From IMG/VR virus record IMGVR_UViG_3300037882_003336, positions 14,667 to 78,666 of that record: a DNA stretch of 64,000 nt; one strand, written 5' to 3'. The DNA comes from a virus. Numbering within the stretch: position 1 is the stretch's first letter; each line of letters begins with the position of its first letter. A model generated the notes under the pieces. The model worked only from the letters and a program-made list of their open reading frames with translations, was not told where the DNA came from and did not search any database. A program made the translations under genes and the position numbers. Positions 38,171 to 47,503 of this stretch are shown piece after piece.

Positions 38171-38880
38171 AATGGAACTTGTACGCGTTTTTCGACGATC
38201 GTGGCAGTTGGGTTGATGGCACGGCATTTGTCGAGTGCTGACTCCATAGTGTTGTACTTCTGTGTGTTAAGTTCCCTAACCGAAGAATTCACATAGTAGT
38301 GTTGACCCTCAGACCACTTGGAAATCGTAAACACCTCCTGTTTGTAAAGCCCAACCATATCACCATTCCACTCCATGGAGTCTGTCACCTTTTCAATGGG
38401 GTCGGTGCGCATCCCACCTTGGAAGTTCACAAAGACGTTGTCCTCCTTGTCGAGCAGCGCCTTGGCAGTCGCAGCCCACATAGTGCCAAACTCAGCCCAC
38501 GACGGATGCTTTCCTTCTTTTACTGCCATATCCATGTGAATATTGCGTTCCTGCAGCACTTTGAACTGCTTAGTGAACCAGTCTCGGTACAGATGTAGGC
38601 GCGGTAAGTCGAGCTTGGTGAGGTGAATAAACCACGCTTTGTAGTCATTCGGTTCCAGAGAGGTGTCAAGCAACGCCAGAGTTATGGGCGAAGGCCGATC
38701 GGGTGGCTCCACGCCAACGATTTCGGCCATTGCTCGGACTTTCCGGGCTTGCTGTTGAGCCTTTTTCACAATCCTCGGGCTCATACCGGATTCATCGACG
38801 ATCTTGGCGTCGCGTTCGGCCATGTCGGCTAGAGTTGAGGCAAACTCGCGGAGTTCCTCGATGGTGAATTCAGGGCTCAT
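38167..38880 (-). CDS. Hypothetical protein
   Basis: 237 aa, coupled to the TOPRIM gene. Confidence 0.6.
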   Translation of the reverse strand: MSPEFTIEELREFASTLADMAERDAKIVDESGMSPRIVKKAQQQARKVRAMAEIVGVEPPDRPSPITLALLDTSLEPNDYKAWFIHLTKLDLPRLHLYRDWFTKQFKVLQERNIHMDMAVKEGKHPSWAEFGTMWAATAKALLDKEDNVFVNFQGGMRTDPIEKVTDSMEWNGDMVGLYKQEVFTISKWSEGQHYYVNSSVRELNTQKYNTMESALDKCRAINPTATIVEKRVQVPL

Positions 38881-39761
38881 TGTGGTTTCAGGGTTTCAGC
38901 TAGTGCGTCGAGTTTGATGCGGAGTTCCTCTTCCTTGTAACAAGAGTCGTTCCATTTATCTTCATCGCGGAGGCTAAGAACTCCGTTCCGGCAGATGGTG
39001 GCGAGCAGTTCCACATCCAGTGCGTCAAGCTCCCACGACTCGTTGCCGTACTTGGCGACGTACTCGGGGGCGCGACTGTCGCTCATCTTGGTGGGGTTGG
39101 GGATGAGATTGTGCCGTTCGATCTGGCGCATGGTGAGCGCTGCCCGGTGCACCGTGATGTCGGACTGGGAGAACAAAGCGAGGCGGTCCGCCACGTCCGT
39201 GCTCATGTGAACTCCGCTCGGATCGAAGTCCCCGAAGTAGATCACGTGGCATTTCTTCCTGCCCGCCACGGTGCGCTCCTGCAGTTCCTTGCCAAGGTCG
39301 TACATCGCGGTGGCACTGCTGTACCCCTTGTTGGAGTGGAATGGCACTTCCAGCTTTCGGCACACTGGAGCCAATACGCCCTCAAGCGCCTGCTTCTCGC
39401 ATGCCACCACCACGTAATTTGTCTGGTCCTGCCATTTGTCGATCTTGAAGCCCTCGACGGTGCTGCGCATGATGTGGTATGGGGAATCCCAAGTCTGGAC
39501 GATATGAGGTACCCGTCCCCGATCCACGATCGCGTCCCAGTCGATCAGCCCCGCCATCCGTCCGTCGGCGACCGCGCCCTTCAGCCGGTCGTATGACTCC
39601 TGCGAGTTCGGGTAGACGTTGTCCTTGACGCCTTGGTAGAAAAGCTGGCGCAAGGAGAGTGAATACCCGCGAGCCAAATAATCCGAACAGACCCCGTCAG
39701 CCCACGTGATCAGGCGCATGGTCTCGCTGCGGAACGCTTTGTCGATGAACTTTTCGTACAT
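38877..39761 (-). CDS. Topoisomerase VI-A/Spo11-like winged-helix + TOPRIM protein
   Basis: SLRQLFYQ, VACEK, KGYSS, YFGDFDPSG, WELDAL motifs. Confidence 0.8.
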   Translation of the reverse strand: MYEKFIDKAFRSETMRLITWADGVCSDYLARGYSLSLRQLFYQGVKDNVYPNSQESYDRLKGAVADGRMAGLIDWDAIVDRGRVPHIVQTWDSPYHIMRSTVEGFKIDKWQDQTNYVVVACEKQALEGVLAPVCRKLEVPFHSNKGYSSATAMYDLGKELQERTVAGRKKCHVIYFGDFDPSGVHMSTDVADRLALFSQSDITVHRAALTMRQIERHNLIPNPTKMSDSRAPEYVAKYGNESWELDALDVELLATICRNGVLSLRDEDKWNDSCYKEEELRIKLDALAETLKPQ

Positions 39762-39766
39762 CCGAC

Positions 39767-39795
39767 ACTATAACACAGCCCGTGACTTTTGTCAA
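39767..39795 (-). promoter_or_regulatory. Sigma70-type promoter P4 (leaderless)
   Basis: TTGACA-17-TATAGT, extended TG, ATG 5 nt downstream. Confidence 0.88.
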
Positions 39796-39796
39796 G

Positions 39797-42700
39797 TCAT
39801 ACCACCGTGAGCTTTTCCAAGTCGACTTGCGCAGCCTCTCCCCTCATCGTCGTGATGTGGGCTTTCCCGTCTTTGTAGTGGTAGATGAAGCCCTTGGTGG
39901 ACTTTTTATCCCCCCACTTCACAAGCTCACTTCCATCAATCGCTGGTTTCATGGCCGACTTGGCTGGAAGGGTGTTGCCGTTGCTGAGCGTGATGTACGG
40001 ACCCATCACGGTGACGACGAGCGCCAGTTTCTTGTCCGCTATCGCGTAAGCAACGTCGCCGATTTCGAACGGGTTATCCTTGCTTGGATTAGTTGGGTTG
40101 CCGTGACCGTAGGCGGCAAACATCTTGGTGACCTTATTGACTTGGGCAAGCTCGTCATCGCCCATGAGGTTGGAGACATCCGGAGTTGGCGACGCTTTTT
40201 CCAGCGCATATGCCGGTACCATGAACACCGCTGGGGTACCAGCGTCGGAAGACTTCGGAATGTGTACAACGCATTGAGCCACATTGAAGTCGTCGTCGAC
40301 CAGTGTCAACAAGACCTTTCCGGTGGCTGTTGGTGCCAGCCCGAACTTGAATGAACCATCAGGATAGTCCGACACCTTGGTACCCTCGGGAATGACAACG
40401 GAGTCCCCAATCACCCAGTCACCTTCGGTACCCCAAGCCGAACGGGCTGGCGCGAACTTCACCGCACTATCCAGGTTGAAGATCATCGACTCACCCTTGT
40501 TGATAGTGTCATTACCAACTTTCCCACTGAGCATTTTGACAATCACATGATCGCTCTCCACAGTCTCTATCGCGCCCCTCGCATCCACCTTCCCACCGTA
40601 TTCGGTCCCGTCCTCGTCGCCGTCTGTGTACTCACCCTTGATGGTGACGGGTGACCCAGGCACCATGTAATAAACGGGTGCTTTGATACTGGCAATGTCT
40701 TTGAGCTTGCTGATGCTGTTGTCGGTCTTCGGGTTGTCACCGGGCTTTTTGATCTGGGCAACACTCACCAAGTGATAGGTGCTGTCCTTGGTGAGTGATG
40801 GGATGTAAACGACGCACGAAGCCACGTCGAACGTGTGAGGGTCAACCAACGTCAGTGCGACAGTGGCTTTGAGGTCCTTCTCGATCTCCACGTGAGCGTT
40901 CGTGCCGTATCCGAAAATCGTGCTACCGCTCTTCACGATGACCTTATCACCAATCTTTAGGTCATCTGGCTTGATCTGCCATGACTCCATGGCGATCTTC
41001 TTGAACGCCACGACCTTTCCGGGATCAAAGTTGTCAAACCCCGTAGTGTTCGAGAAGATCTTGACGTCGGCGGCGTCTGCCGTCATGGTCGTGATCATAC
41101 CGAGCACCTCCCCGGTTGGAACCTTTATGCGGACCGGGCTGGCAGTGCGGAGGAATGACACGTCGTTCTTGAGTTGGTACTCCAGTTTCTCGTGGTACCC
41201 ATCATTGAAGTCAACGTCCGTGTAGGAGGACACCGCCATCATGTTCTGGATTGTCTCTCCGACCGCTTTTTCGATCGCGTCTTCATGCTCGTCGAAGAGC
41301 TTTTTAGCCAGCTGCCTGACCTTTACCGCCAAGTTGTTCGGGGAACTCGCGAACCCAAATGCAGCCAGTTCGTCGTCCCACGCTTGTTGCGACATGCTCG
41401 CCTTCGAGTATGGGTAAGCTTTGTACAACTCCCTCATGTAGTCGACTGCTGCCTCTGTGGCTTTGGTAAGCTCCGACTTATTGTCCTGTGCCCCCGTGGA
41501 GAGGTCTATTGAGTTTACATCAACTTCACTCAGGTCAATTTTCCCATCGGCGTGCTCCGTTGTAATGAACACCTTTCCTTCATGGGCAACATCAGAGTCG
41601 TCCATGATTGTTACCTCGGTCCCGTCATGAAGTTTCGCCTTCACGGGTAGCTTCACTGTTGTCAGAATGACATCGGGCTTCACGATTCCAGAGGTAACTC
41701 CAGAGATGGGAAGGTGAACCACGATCTGCACAGAACCGTTGTTAAGTTTGGAGTTCACCCACGCCAGGGTCTTTTCCTCTTCTCCATCGTGTTTCCACCA
41801 CGGGTCCTTGCCATCTTCTGCGTTTCCGACAACTACAAGTGACTTGGCAGCGAGTGCAGGCGCTGCTGTGAATGCTGGTGCTGTGGCACCCTTGGTGCCA
41901 GTGACTGCACCAAGGTTCTTATCGGGGACTGGCTCCGGAATTGGCTTGCCGGATGCATAAGCGGCGGCACGCACGATCTTCTTGGCTTGGCTGGAACACT
42001 TGGGGAGCAGCGTTCCAACGTTTTCCACACTCGCTTTCATGTCGAGTGCCTTTTTGAGCCACCCGTATCCACCACCGATCGCATATCGCTTGACCTTGTT
42101 GAATACGGTTCCGGTGTTGTGCTGAAGGTCGTAAACATGGTCAATGGCAACCGCCCGTTCCCGGCTGTTTTTGGCGGAGTTCAGCCGCAACCACCCATCC
42201 GTGATGCCCTTCCACGCCCTGCCACCGTAGGAACTGCTCCAACTTCCCTTGTCGTAACAGATACCCGCGTACTGGACAAAAGCGGCATCCGTCCAGTTCA
42301 TCTCCTTCATGGTGCGCCTGACCGCATCAACTGCAGCGCTGTAGTCAGGTGATGAACCACCCTTTTCCTCGGGTGGGCGTTCAAACCGTGGCATGTTACC
42401 GGGCGAGGAAACACGGCGCACCAACTTGCGCGTGAAGCTGACCTGTTCCTTGGTCAGTTCGTTCACCAACGCCGACTGTGGTCTGTCCGACAGGTGGCGC
42501 ATTTCAGCACAGATCGAAATGAACGTGGCGTCCAGCAATTCCCGCTGAAGGTTGGGTAAGAGGGTCTCAAATGCAGCCCGTATGTCGTCCTTGATGTTGG
42601 AGCGGCCAAAGAAGCTCGCCGTTTGTCTCCCCATCATATCGGTACCGGGCGCTTGCCCCTCGTCCGGAAGACCGGAGGAGAAGGCCCAGGAGAGTGCATA

Positions 42701-42808
42701 GAAGTCAAACAAGGAGACTTCGGGGTTTGATGGGGAGGTGTAGTTCAAAGCTTCTCCCAACAGAGAACCCCTCATTGCCTTGTTAATTGACTCCAGTAGC
42801 GGCATCAC
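39797..42808 (-). CDS. Large multidomain protein (helical IDHxYDLQHNTG domain plus repeated SH3/KOW-like barrels)
   Basis: 1003 aa; YGGRAW..I, IDHVYDLQHNTG; duplicated IGD.V.....LTLVD...F.VA.CVV.IP modules. Confidence 0.65.
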   Translation of the reverse strand: MMPLLESINKAMRGSLLGEALNYTSPSNPEVSLFDFYALSWAFSSGLPDEGQAPGTDMMGRQTASFFGRSNIKDDIRAAFETLLPNLQRELLDATFISICAEMRHLSDRPQSALVNELTKEQVSFTRKLVRRVSSPGNMPRFERPPEEKGGSSPDYSAAVDAVRRTMKEMNWTDAAFVQYAGICYDKGSWSSSYGGRAWKGITDGWLRLNSAKNSRERAVAIDHVYDLQHNTGTVFNKVKRYAIGGGYGWLKKALDMKASVENVGTLLPKCSSQAKKIVRAAAYASGKPIPEPVPDKNLGAVTGTKGATAPAFTAAPALAAKSLVVVGNAEDGKDPWWKHDGEEEKTLAWVNSKLNNGSVQIVVHLPISGVTSGIVKPDVILTTVKLPVKAKLHDGTEVTIMDDSDVAHEGKVFITTEHADGKIDLSEVDVNSIDLSTGAQDNKSELTKATEAAVDYMRELYKAYPYSKASMSQQAWDDELAAFGFASSPNNLAVKVRQLAKKLFDEHEDAIEKAVGETIQNMMAVSSYTDVDFNDGYHEKLEYQLKNDVSFLRTASPVRIKVPTGEVLGMITTMTADAADVKIFSNTTGFDNFDPGKVVAFKKIAMESWQIKPDDLKIGDKVIVKSGSTIFGYGTNAHVEIEKDLKATVALTLVDPHTFDVASCVVYIPSLTKDSTYHLVSVAQIKKPGDNPKTDNSISKLKDIASIKAPVYYMVPGSPVTIKGEYTDGDEDGTEYGGKVDARGAIETVESDHVIVKMLSGKVGNDTINKGESMIFNLDSAVKFAPARSAWGTEGDWVIGDSVVIPEGTKVSDYPDGSFKFGLAPTATGKVLLTLVDDDFNVAQCVVHIPKSSDAGTPAVFMVPAYALEKASPTPDVSNLMGDDELAQVNKVTKMFAAYGHGNPTNPSKDNPFEIGDVAYAIADKKLALVVTVMGPYITLSNGNTLPAKSAMKPAIDGSELVKWGDKKSTKGFIYHYKDGKAHITTMRGEAAQVDLEKLTVV

Positions 42809-42825
42809 GAAACTTAGGTTTTATT

Positions 42826-43221
42826 ATGAAACTTCTCACTTTACTTGCACTTCTGTTCACCGCGCCACTTTTAGTAGCGAATGTCCCAGTGAAAGTTGCG
42901 TGGAACCCACCAGCCAATGAACTCGGCGTTGCCGGGTATATCGTGAGGTGGTACAGCAAGAATGGCAAAGAACTCGGCAAGGCCGATGTAGGCAACGTCC
43001 AGCGTTTCGAAAGCCCCGCGTTGTCAGCCGGTGACTACACTTTTTCCGTGACCGCCTATGGTCCAAGCCGTGTGGAGTCCAAAGCAGCCCTATTGAATGT
43101 CGCGATCAAAAAGATCAAACTGAAACGCTCAAAAGACCTGCGGACTTGGGAAGATGATAAGTGGTTCTATCGCATTACCACTGAGGACCAGGAGTTTTAT
43201 CGGCTCGATCTGCTGCCATGA
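42826..43221 (+). CDS. Secreted fibronectin type III-like protein
   Basis: Sec signal MKLLTLLALLFTAPLLVA; VAWNPP...VAGYIV...YTFSVTAY...ES FN3 pattern. Confidence 0.7.
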   Translation: MKLLTLLALLFTAPLLVANVPVKVAWNPPANELGVAGYIVRWYSKNGKELGKADVGNVQRFESPALSAGDYTFSVTAYGPSRVESKAALLNVAIKKIKLKRSKDLRTWEDDKWFYRITTEDQEFYRLDLLP

Positions 43222-43891
43222 TTGCCACTTTGAGCACTTCTGGAGAGACCAGCCCAGCCAAACAGCCACCCGTTTGGAAACCGTAGTCGTCGAACAAAAG
43301 AGACCCTGGATGCCAAGCCATGTTCGGTAGAGCCGCATAGGTTGGCACTATCTTGGCCAACTTGGACAGCACATTTCCCATTGAGAGGCTTTTCCTCGAA
43401 ACAACTGGTACCGTTTTACCATTAAAGGAAAGGTCAGGGCCAACGAAAGTCTTTGGTTCTCTGATGTACTTCAAAGCGAGATCATAGCACTCTCGCGACA
43501 TGGTGTACCCAGCGATGCTTGAGACTTCAGTCGTTTTCAATAACCGACTTCCAACCACCCCCGGTCGGCGGTGATGGAAGCACCCAAACAAAAACAGCAT
43601 GCAATCAGCGGGGAGTTCGATGTCTTCGATCGTTCCATACTCAAGGAGGTCGTCAAGCACGGTGATGCTATCAGCCTTCCACCTCTTAGCATGCCCAATC
43701 AGCACCCGGTGTGGCAGTATTCTGGCATACCCATCCTGTCCGTAACTGGACACCCCTTTCAGCTGCATGGCGTCTAACGCGGGGAATCGGGAAAACCCAA
43801 GGCTTGAAAGAGCTTCGGCGCTTCGGAGTCTGCTGGTGTAATTGGCACCAAGGTTGACGAAGAACCTGTCGGTGGTTGATAGGGACGTCAT
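43175..43891 (-). CDS. GT25-like glycosyltransferase (degenerate EDD), cassette 1
   Basis: FFVNL...R...SRFPALDA...H...VLDD...LPADC.LFLFG, paralogous to 54540..55319 (shared K.VPTYA..PNMAW; FD..G.Q). Confidence 0.6.
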   Translation of the reverse strand: MTSLSTTDRFFVNLGANYTSRLRSAEALSSLGFSRFPALDAMQLKGVSSYGQDGYARILPHRVLIGHAKRWKADSITVLDDLLEYGTIEDIELPADCMLFLFGCFHHRRPGVVGSRLLKTTEVSSIAGYTMSRECYDLALKYIREPKTFVGPDLSFNGKTVPVVSRKSLSMGNVLSKLAKIVPTYAALPNMAWHPGSLLFDDYGFQTGGCLAGLVSPEVLKVAIMAADRADKTPGPQW

Positions 43892-44691
43892 ACTTCAAGG
43901 ATATTGAAAAGGGACATGCTATTGTCGTAAAAGAAGGTGCTGGTATAAAGGCCAAGCGAAAACTGTAGTTTCCTGTCAGACCCCACTCCCATCGTGTGGA
44001 CTAGCGCCCCCTTGGTGTATTCCGACCAAGCTGGGTCACAGTGCAGTGGGAAGCGCACCTCACCCCTTTCGAAGTGTTTCGCGTTCCAGGGTAGCTTACC
44101 ATAATCGCAGTCCAGGATGAGTCTATTCCACGATGCTTGGTCGAAGCACCCTGGCATTTGGGTCACCTCTGCCGTGTCCCGCTCTTCCCAAGCCGTCATC
44201 ACATCCTGAAAAACGGAACCCCTTACGGCCAGCTGCCCACTGTTGATGCCCTTCCTTCGCATCTTCATCTCGTCATCCGTCAGGAACGCCGAGAACTGAC
44301 CCTTCCAGATGGGGAGGTTCTCGGTCTGGTATAAAACGTCCACTTCTCTTCTGACATCCAACAAGTGGTCGAGGTTCCTGAGCGCCATGCAGTCATCGTC
44401 CAAGAACATGATCATGTCGTACTGGGAGGCGTCGATGTACTCCCGGACGCGATACTTCCAGCACCAAGCGTCCTCAATGTGCTCCGATTCGGTCAGTCCT
44501 TTCCTTGGAACGAGCACCTCATTGATCCCAAGCTTATTCGGAAAAATCGGTTGTTCGTGGTTTCGGAACACCATGATGTCTCCACTCCATCTGGTCCTTA
44601 ACAAAGTTGCAATCAAGAATCGCACCAACTGTCGGTGGTACGGGTGGCCTTCCTGATCGAAAGCCACGGTGTATATGAGGTTCTTCCGCAT
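43888..44691 (-). CDS. GT-A fold glycosyltransferase (GT8-like, DxD), cassette 1
   Basis: YDMIMFLDDDC, INSG, DQASWN motifs; strongly similar to 53693..54535. Confidence 0.8.
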   Translation of the reverse strand: MRKNLIYTVAFDQEGHPYHRQLVRFLIATLLRTRWSGDIMVFRNHEQPIFPNKLGINEVLVPRKGLTESEHIEDAWCWKYRVREYIDASQYDMIMFLDDDCMALRNLDHLLDVRREVDVLYQTENLPIWKGQFSAFLTDDEMKMRRKGINSGQLAVRGSVFQDVMTAWEERDTAEVTQMPGCFDQASWNRLILDCDYGKLPWNAKHFERGEVRFPLHCDPAWSEYTKGALVHTMGVGSDRKLQFSLGLYTSTFFYDNSMSLFNILEV

Positions 44692-44743
44692 GTGGGTTCT
44701 AGTTATAATGGCAAGGTTACACCACCAAGAACACCAAGAAACC

Positions 44744-45250
44744 ATGAAAAACACCATTATCGCTAACACGGGACTCGTTATCCCACGCCGCCGATTCCTC
44801 CAGGGTGCTGGTATGGCAATGGCATCGGTCGCATTGGGCGGGATCGCATCCGCCACAGGCGGTTCCTCCGCTGGTTATGCTGGACACCCGCTCTGGTACA
44901 AACGGAACTCGTGGATCGAATGGAACAGCGACATCGTAGACCTCGACGATGCTGTCGCCAATGGAGAAGCGGCACTCGCCTTCTTCCAAGCCAACCCACC
45001 CGTGATGTCGTGGAAAGAAGAGGGGTGCCAACGGGTGTTTCACCCATTCGCCACTGGAGCTAGTTCCAGCCGCGTCATCTCCCAACCCGGCAGCATTTCG
45101 TACAGAGAGGTGGGCGGGTGCTACCAGTACGGCATTATGTTCAACGCCATCAAGTTCTTCAAGAAACCTGATGGCAGCTCTGGTAGTGAGCTGCCCCCAG
45201 GAGCGGACTTCGACACCCTGTTCAACAACTGGTCTACTTGGAACCAGTAA
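44744..45250 (+). CDS. Tat-signal protein 1 (unrecognised family)
   Basis: PRRRFLQ followed by a hydrophobic segment and ASA; WYKRNSW and AIKF...PDG motifs shared with two paralogs. Confidence 0.8.
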   Translation: MKNTIIANTGLVIPRRRFLQGAGMAMASVALGGIASATGGSSAGYAGHPLWYKRNSWIEWNSDIVDLDDAVANGEAALAFFQANPPVMSWKEEGCQRVFHPFATGASSSRVISQPGSISYREVGGCYQYGIMFNAIKFFKKPDGSSGSELPPGADFDTLFNNWSTWNQ

Positions 45251-46043
45251 ACAGGTGGTCGTATCTTCCTCCCGGTTTGTAGTTTAGATGCCAGTCTTGA
45301 CGGGTGATTGGGGGAGCGCTGGACTGGCTAGAGAAACGGTAAGCTTTGGCGGTTATTTCGTCGATCAGCCTCTGCCGTTTCTCGGGGTCTTTTTCCTTGG
45401 CCACTCTGTCGTTTGCATCAGCCTGTGGCGGTTCTTGAAGGATAGACAGAGAGTGCGACTTGGCTCCGTTTGGGTCATCGGGGTTGTCAACCTCGCTCAG
45501 GAACAGGCTGGTACGGTAATAGCCAAAGGTGCCAATCTCAACGGGATTCCTGCCGACCATCATCGCCATAATGTCGCCGCGTTCATTACCTAGGACGCCC
45601 GAGAACTCTTCCTTCATTTGGTCGAACCTCTCTTTCCCGCCGCTCTCCCAGTATGACGACACCACAATTGTCTCCCCGCGATCGTCCTGCACGGTGAACC
45701 GGTTTTTGAGTTCCAATTCCTTCATATCCGAGATCACCTTGGAGATTTCTGCCTCGCATCGTTCCTCTTCATCTGGTGAAAGCTTCAGGAAGTCCTTCAA
45801 GCTTTCGCTAAGTCCCCCATTCTTGTAACCGCCAATCAAGATTCGGAGCAGAGACGCCCGGTCCAGCTTCACGGAGGTGAGGTTCTCGGCGACCAGCTTT
45901 GGTTGAACCACTGGGGCGGGAGTCGGTACTGCCACTGACCGCACCACCTCTTTGAACACCACTTTTTCCTCTGGCTTCCGAAACAACAGGACCACCACCA
46001 ATACAGCCATCAACGTGCTGACTGCGATAAGGAGTTTCTTCAT
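45234..46043 (-). CDS. N-terminally membrane-anchored helical protein, cassette 1
   Basis: TM anchor, Pro-rich linker; paralog of 55408..56250 (FLK.SP.E, IVV.S.W..GGKE.F, LG.ER, IG.FG, RY.HLF). Confidence 0.75.
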   Translation of the reverse strand: MKKLLIAVSTLMAVLVVVLLFRKPEEKVVFKEVVRSVAVPTPAPVVQPKLVAENLTSVKLDRASLLRILIGGYKNGGLSESLKDFLKLSPDEEERCEAEISKVISDMKELELKNRFTVQDDRGETIVVSSYWESGGKERFDQMKEEFSGVLGNERGDIMAMMVGRNPVEIGTFGYYRTSLFLSEVDNPDDPNGAKSHSLSILQEPPQADANDRVAKEKDPEKRQRLIDEITAKAYRFSSQSSAPPITRQDWHLNYKPGGRYDHLFTGSK

Positions 46044-46061
46044 CAAGTGCCAGAAAACGCA

Positions 46062-46433
46062 CTAACGAGTAGGAGTCACCCACGCCGGACGCCCAGTAAA
46101 CCACCCGTGCCAAATCGCATGAGGCGGCTTGAGTTTGAAGCTCACCTCTTCGAAGATTTCGTCCAGCTGCTCACTGGATAATTTCTCGTCCACCGTCACG
46201 ATGTTCCAGTCGTGTAGGTAAGCGCCACCAAAATCGCGATGGTCGTTATCGCGTCCGAAGACGACTGCGTGACTCTCCCCATTTCCTTTGCGGAACTTGA
46301 ACCGGTTGTCGATCTTGATGAACAAAGTCTCAGGTCCAGTTTCTTCACCATTCCGAGTCGCCGTCTCAAACTTGCGTTTGAATTCTTCCCCGAACTCCCG
46401 CAACGATTCGGTGATTTTGGTGGCAACACTCAT
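46062..46433 (-). CDS. Hypothetical protein with leader MSVATKITES
   Basis: 123 aa; shared leader. Confidence 0.6.
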   Translation of the reverse strand: MSVATKITESLREFGEEFKRKFETATRNGEETGPETLFIKIDNRFKFRKGNGESHAVVFGRDNDHRDFGGAYLHDWNIVTVDEKLSSEQLDEIFEEVSFKLKPPHAIWHGWFTGRPAWVTPTR

Positions 46434-46561
46434 CTAAGAGACGTTTTCTTTTGAAGTTGACGCCCGGTCTGTAAGGATCATCACGAGGTCAATAACCACA
46501 CCTAACACAATTGGTGGAGTTATCGGATACCACCCTCGGGAACCCTTCACCGGGCGTCTGC

Positions 46562-47038
46562 TTATCTCGGTGACTGGGCGTTGACGCGATCGCGATACCG
46601 CTGAGCCCGTGTTGGTGCCCATCGGTAGGTTGAGTCGTCAACGAGATAACGGAGGGTAGACAACTCGTGGTTGGCGATGAGGGACAGCGCTGCCCCAGCG
46701 TGCTTGAAGTCCCCCGCCCGAATCAACTCCCCAATCTTGTTCAGGCTCGCCGTAATGTACTCGATGCCAAGTTCTACCAGTGCCGGTATTTCCTCGGGTT
46801 TGGCGCTCATGGCTTCCATGGCGCTTGGCCAGCCAGCCGGACGCACCACCGCGTTAAACACGGTATCCTGGTTGGTGGGCTCGCGGCGTCGCGTTTTTTG
46901 GGCAAGAATGGCCCCCTTCAGCTTGAACAGAGACGAAGCTGTCTCCTTCCACCTTTTTGCCTGCAAGTTGGAAATAGCCTCGTCAACCAAGCTAATGGCT
47001 TCGGAAGACTCAAGCATGATCCTTTCGTAAAGCTTCAT
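46562..47038 (-). CDS. Helical hypothetical protein with leader MKLYERIMLES
   Basis: 158 aa; shared leader. Confidence 0.6.
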   Translation of the reverse strand: MKLYERIMLESSEAISLVDEAISNLQAKRWKETASSLFKLKGAILAQKTRRREPTNQDTVFNAVVRPAGWPSAMEAMSAKPEEIPALVELGIEYITASLNKIGELIRAGDFKHAGAALSLIANHELSTLRYLVDDSTYRWAPTRAQRYRDRVNAQSPR

Positions 47039-47046
47039 GGGGATAG

Positions 47047-47298
47047 CTATGATTTGATGAGGACCGCGAGTTCGTTGAAATACTGCTCAACCTCGTTCAA
47101 CCCGGCGCTGTGGCCGTACTGCCAAGCCAACGTCCAGGTTTGATCGAACTTTTTGTCACGTGGAATCCCGTGTTCATCACTGAGGCGTTCCTTGAGCAGT
47201 TCGATGGTTGCTGCCTCTTGAGTAGCACGTTGGTGGCGGAGCCGTTCACGTTCCACCCGTTCTTCCTCAAGGCGTTTGGCGGAACCCCTGACTTTCAT
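47047..47298 (-). CDS. Small phage protein
   Basis: AWQYGHSAGLNEV..YF.EL motif. Confidence 0.6.
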   Translation of the reverse strand: MKVRGSAKRLEEERVERERLRHQRATQEAATIELLKERLSDEHGIPRDKKFDQTWTLAWQYGHSAGLNEVEQYFNELAVLIKS

Positions 47299-47350
47299 GG
47301 CTCCACAGTTGCACCCCTCAGGGTACGGGCAAGAGTAAGCGTGTATAGTG

Positions 47351-47503
47351 CTATTCGTTGTTGATTACGTCACCATCCGCCAGTTCCACCGAGCAGTCAA
47401 GGTGGAGACGAGCCCCGGCTTCTCCAAACTCGTCGGGTACGCTGGGTTGACCGTACTCGATGGGCTTGTCGCAATAGGCGCAGTGGTTAGATGGGTTTGT
47501 CAT
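47351..47503 (-). CDS. 50-aa Zn-finger microprotein (not in the ORF track)
   Basis: Manual translation MTNPSNHCAYCDKPIEYGQ...LHLDC...; ATGA overlap with the AAA ATPase stop. Confidence 0.65.
   Translation of the reverse strand: MTNPSNHCAYCDKPIEYGQPSVPDEFGEAGARLHLDCSVELADGDVINNE

Noticed and set aside
38877-39761. Wadjet (JetD) defence system
   Set aside because: No jetABC or SMC genes nearby; the gene is a solitary early phage gene.
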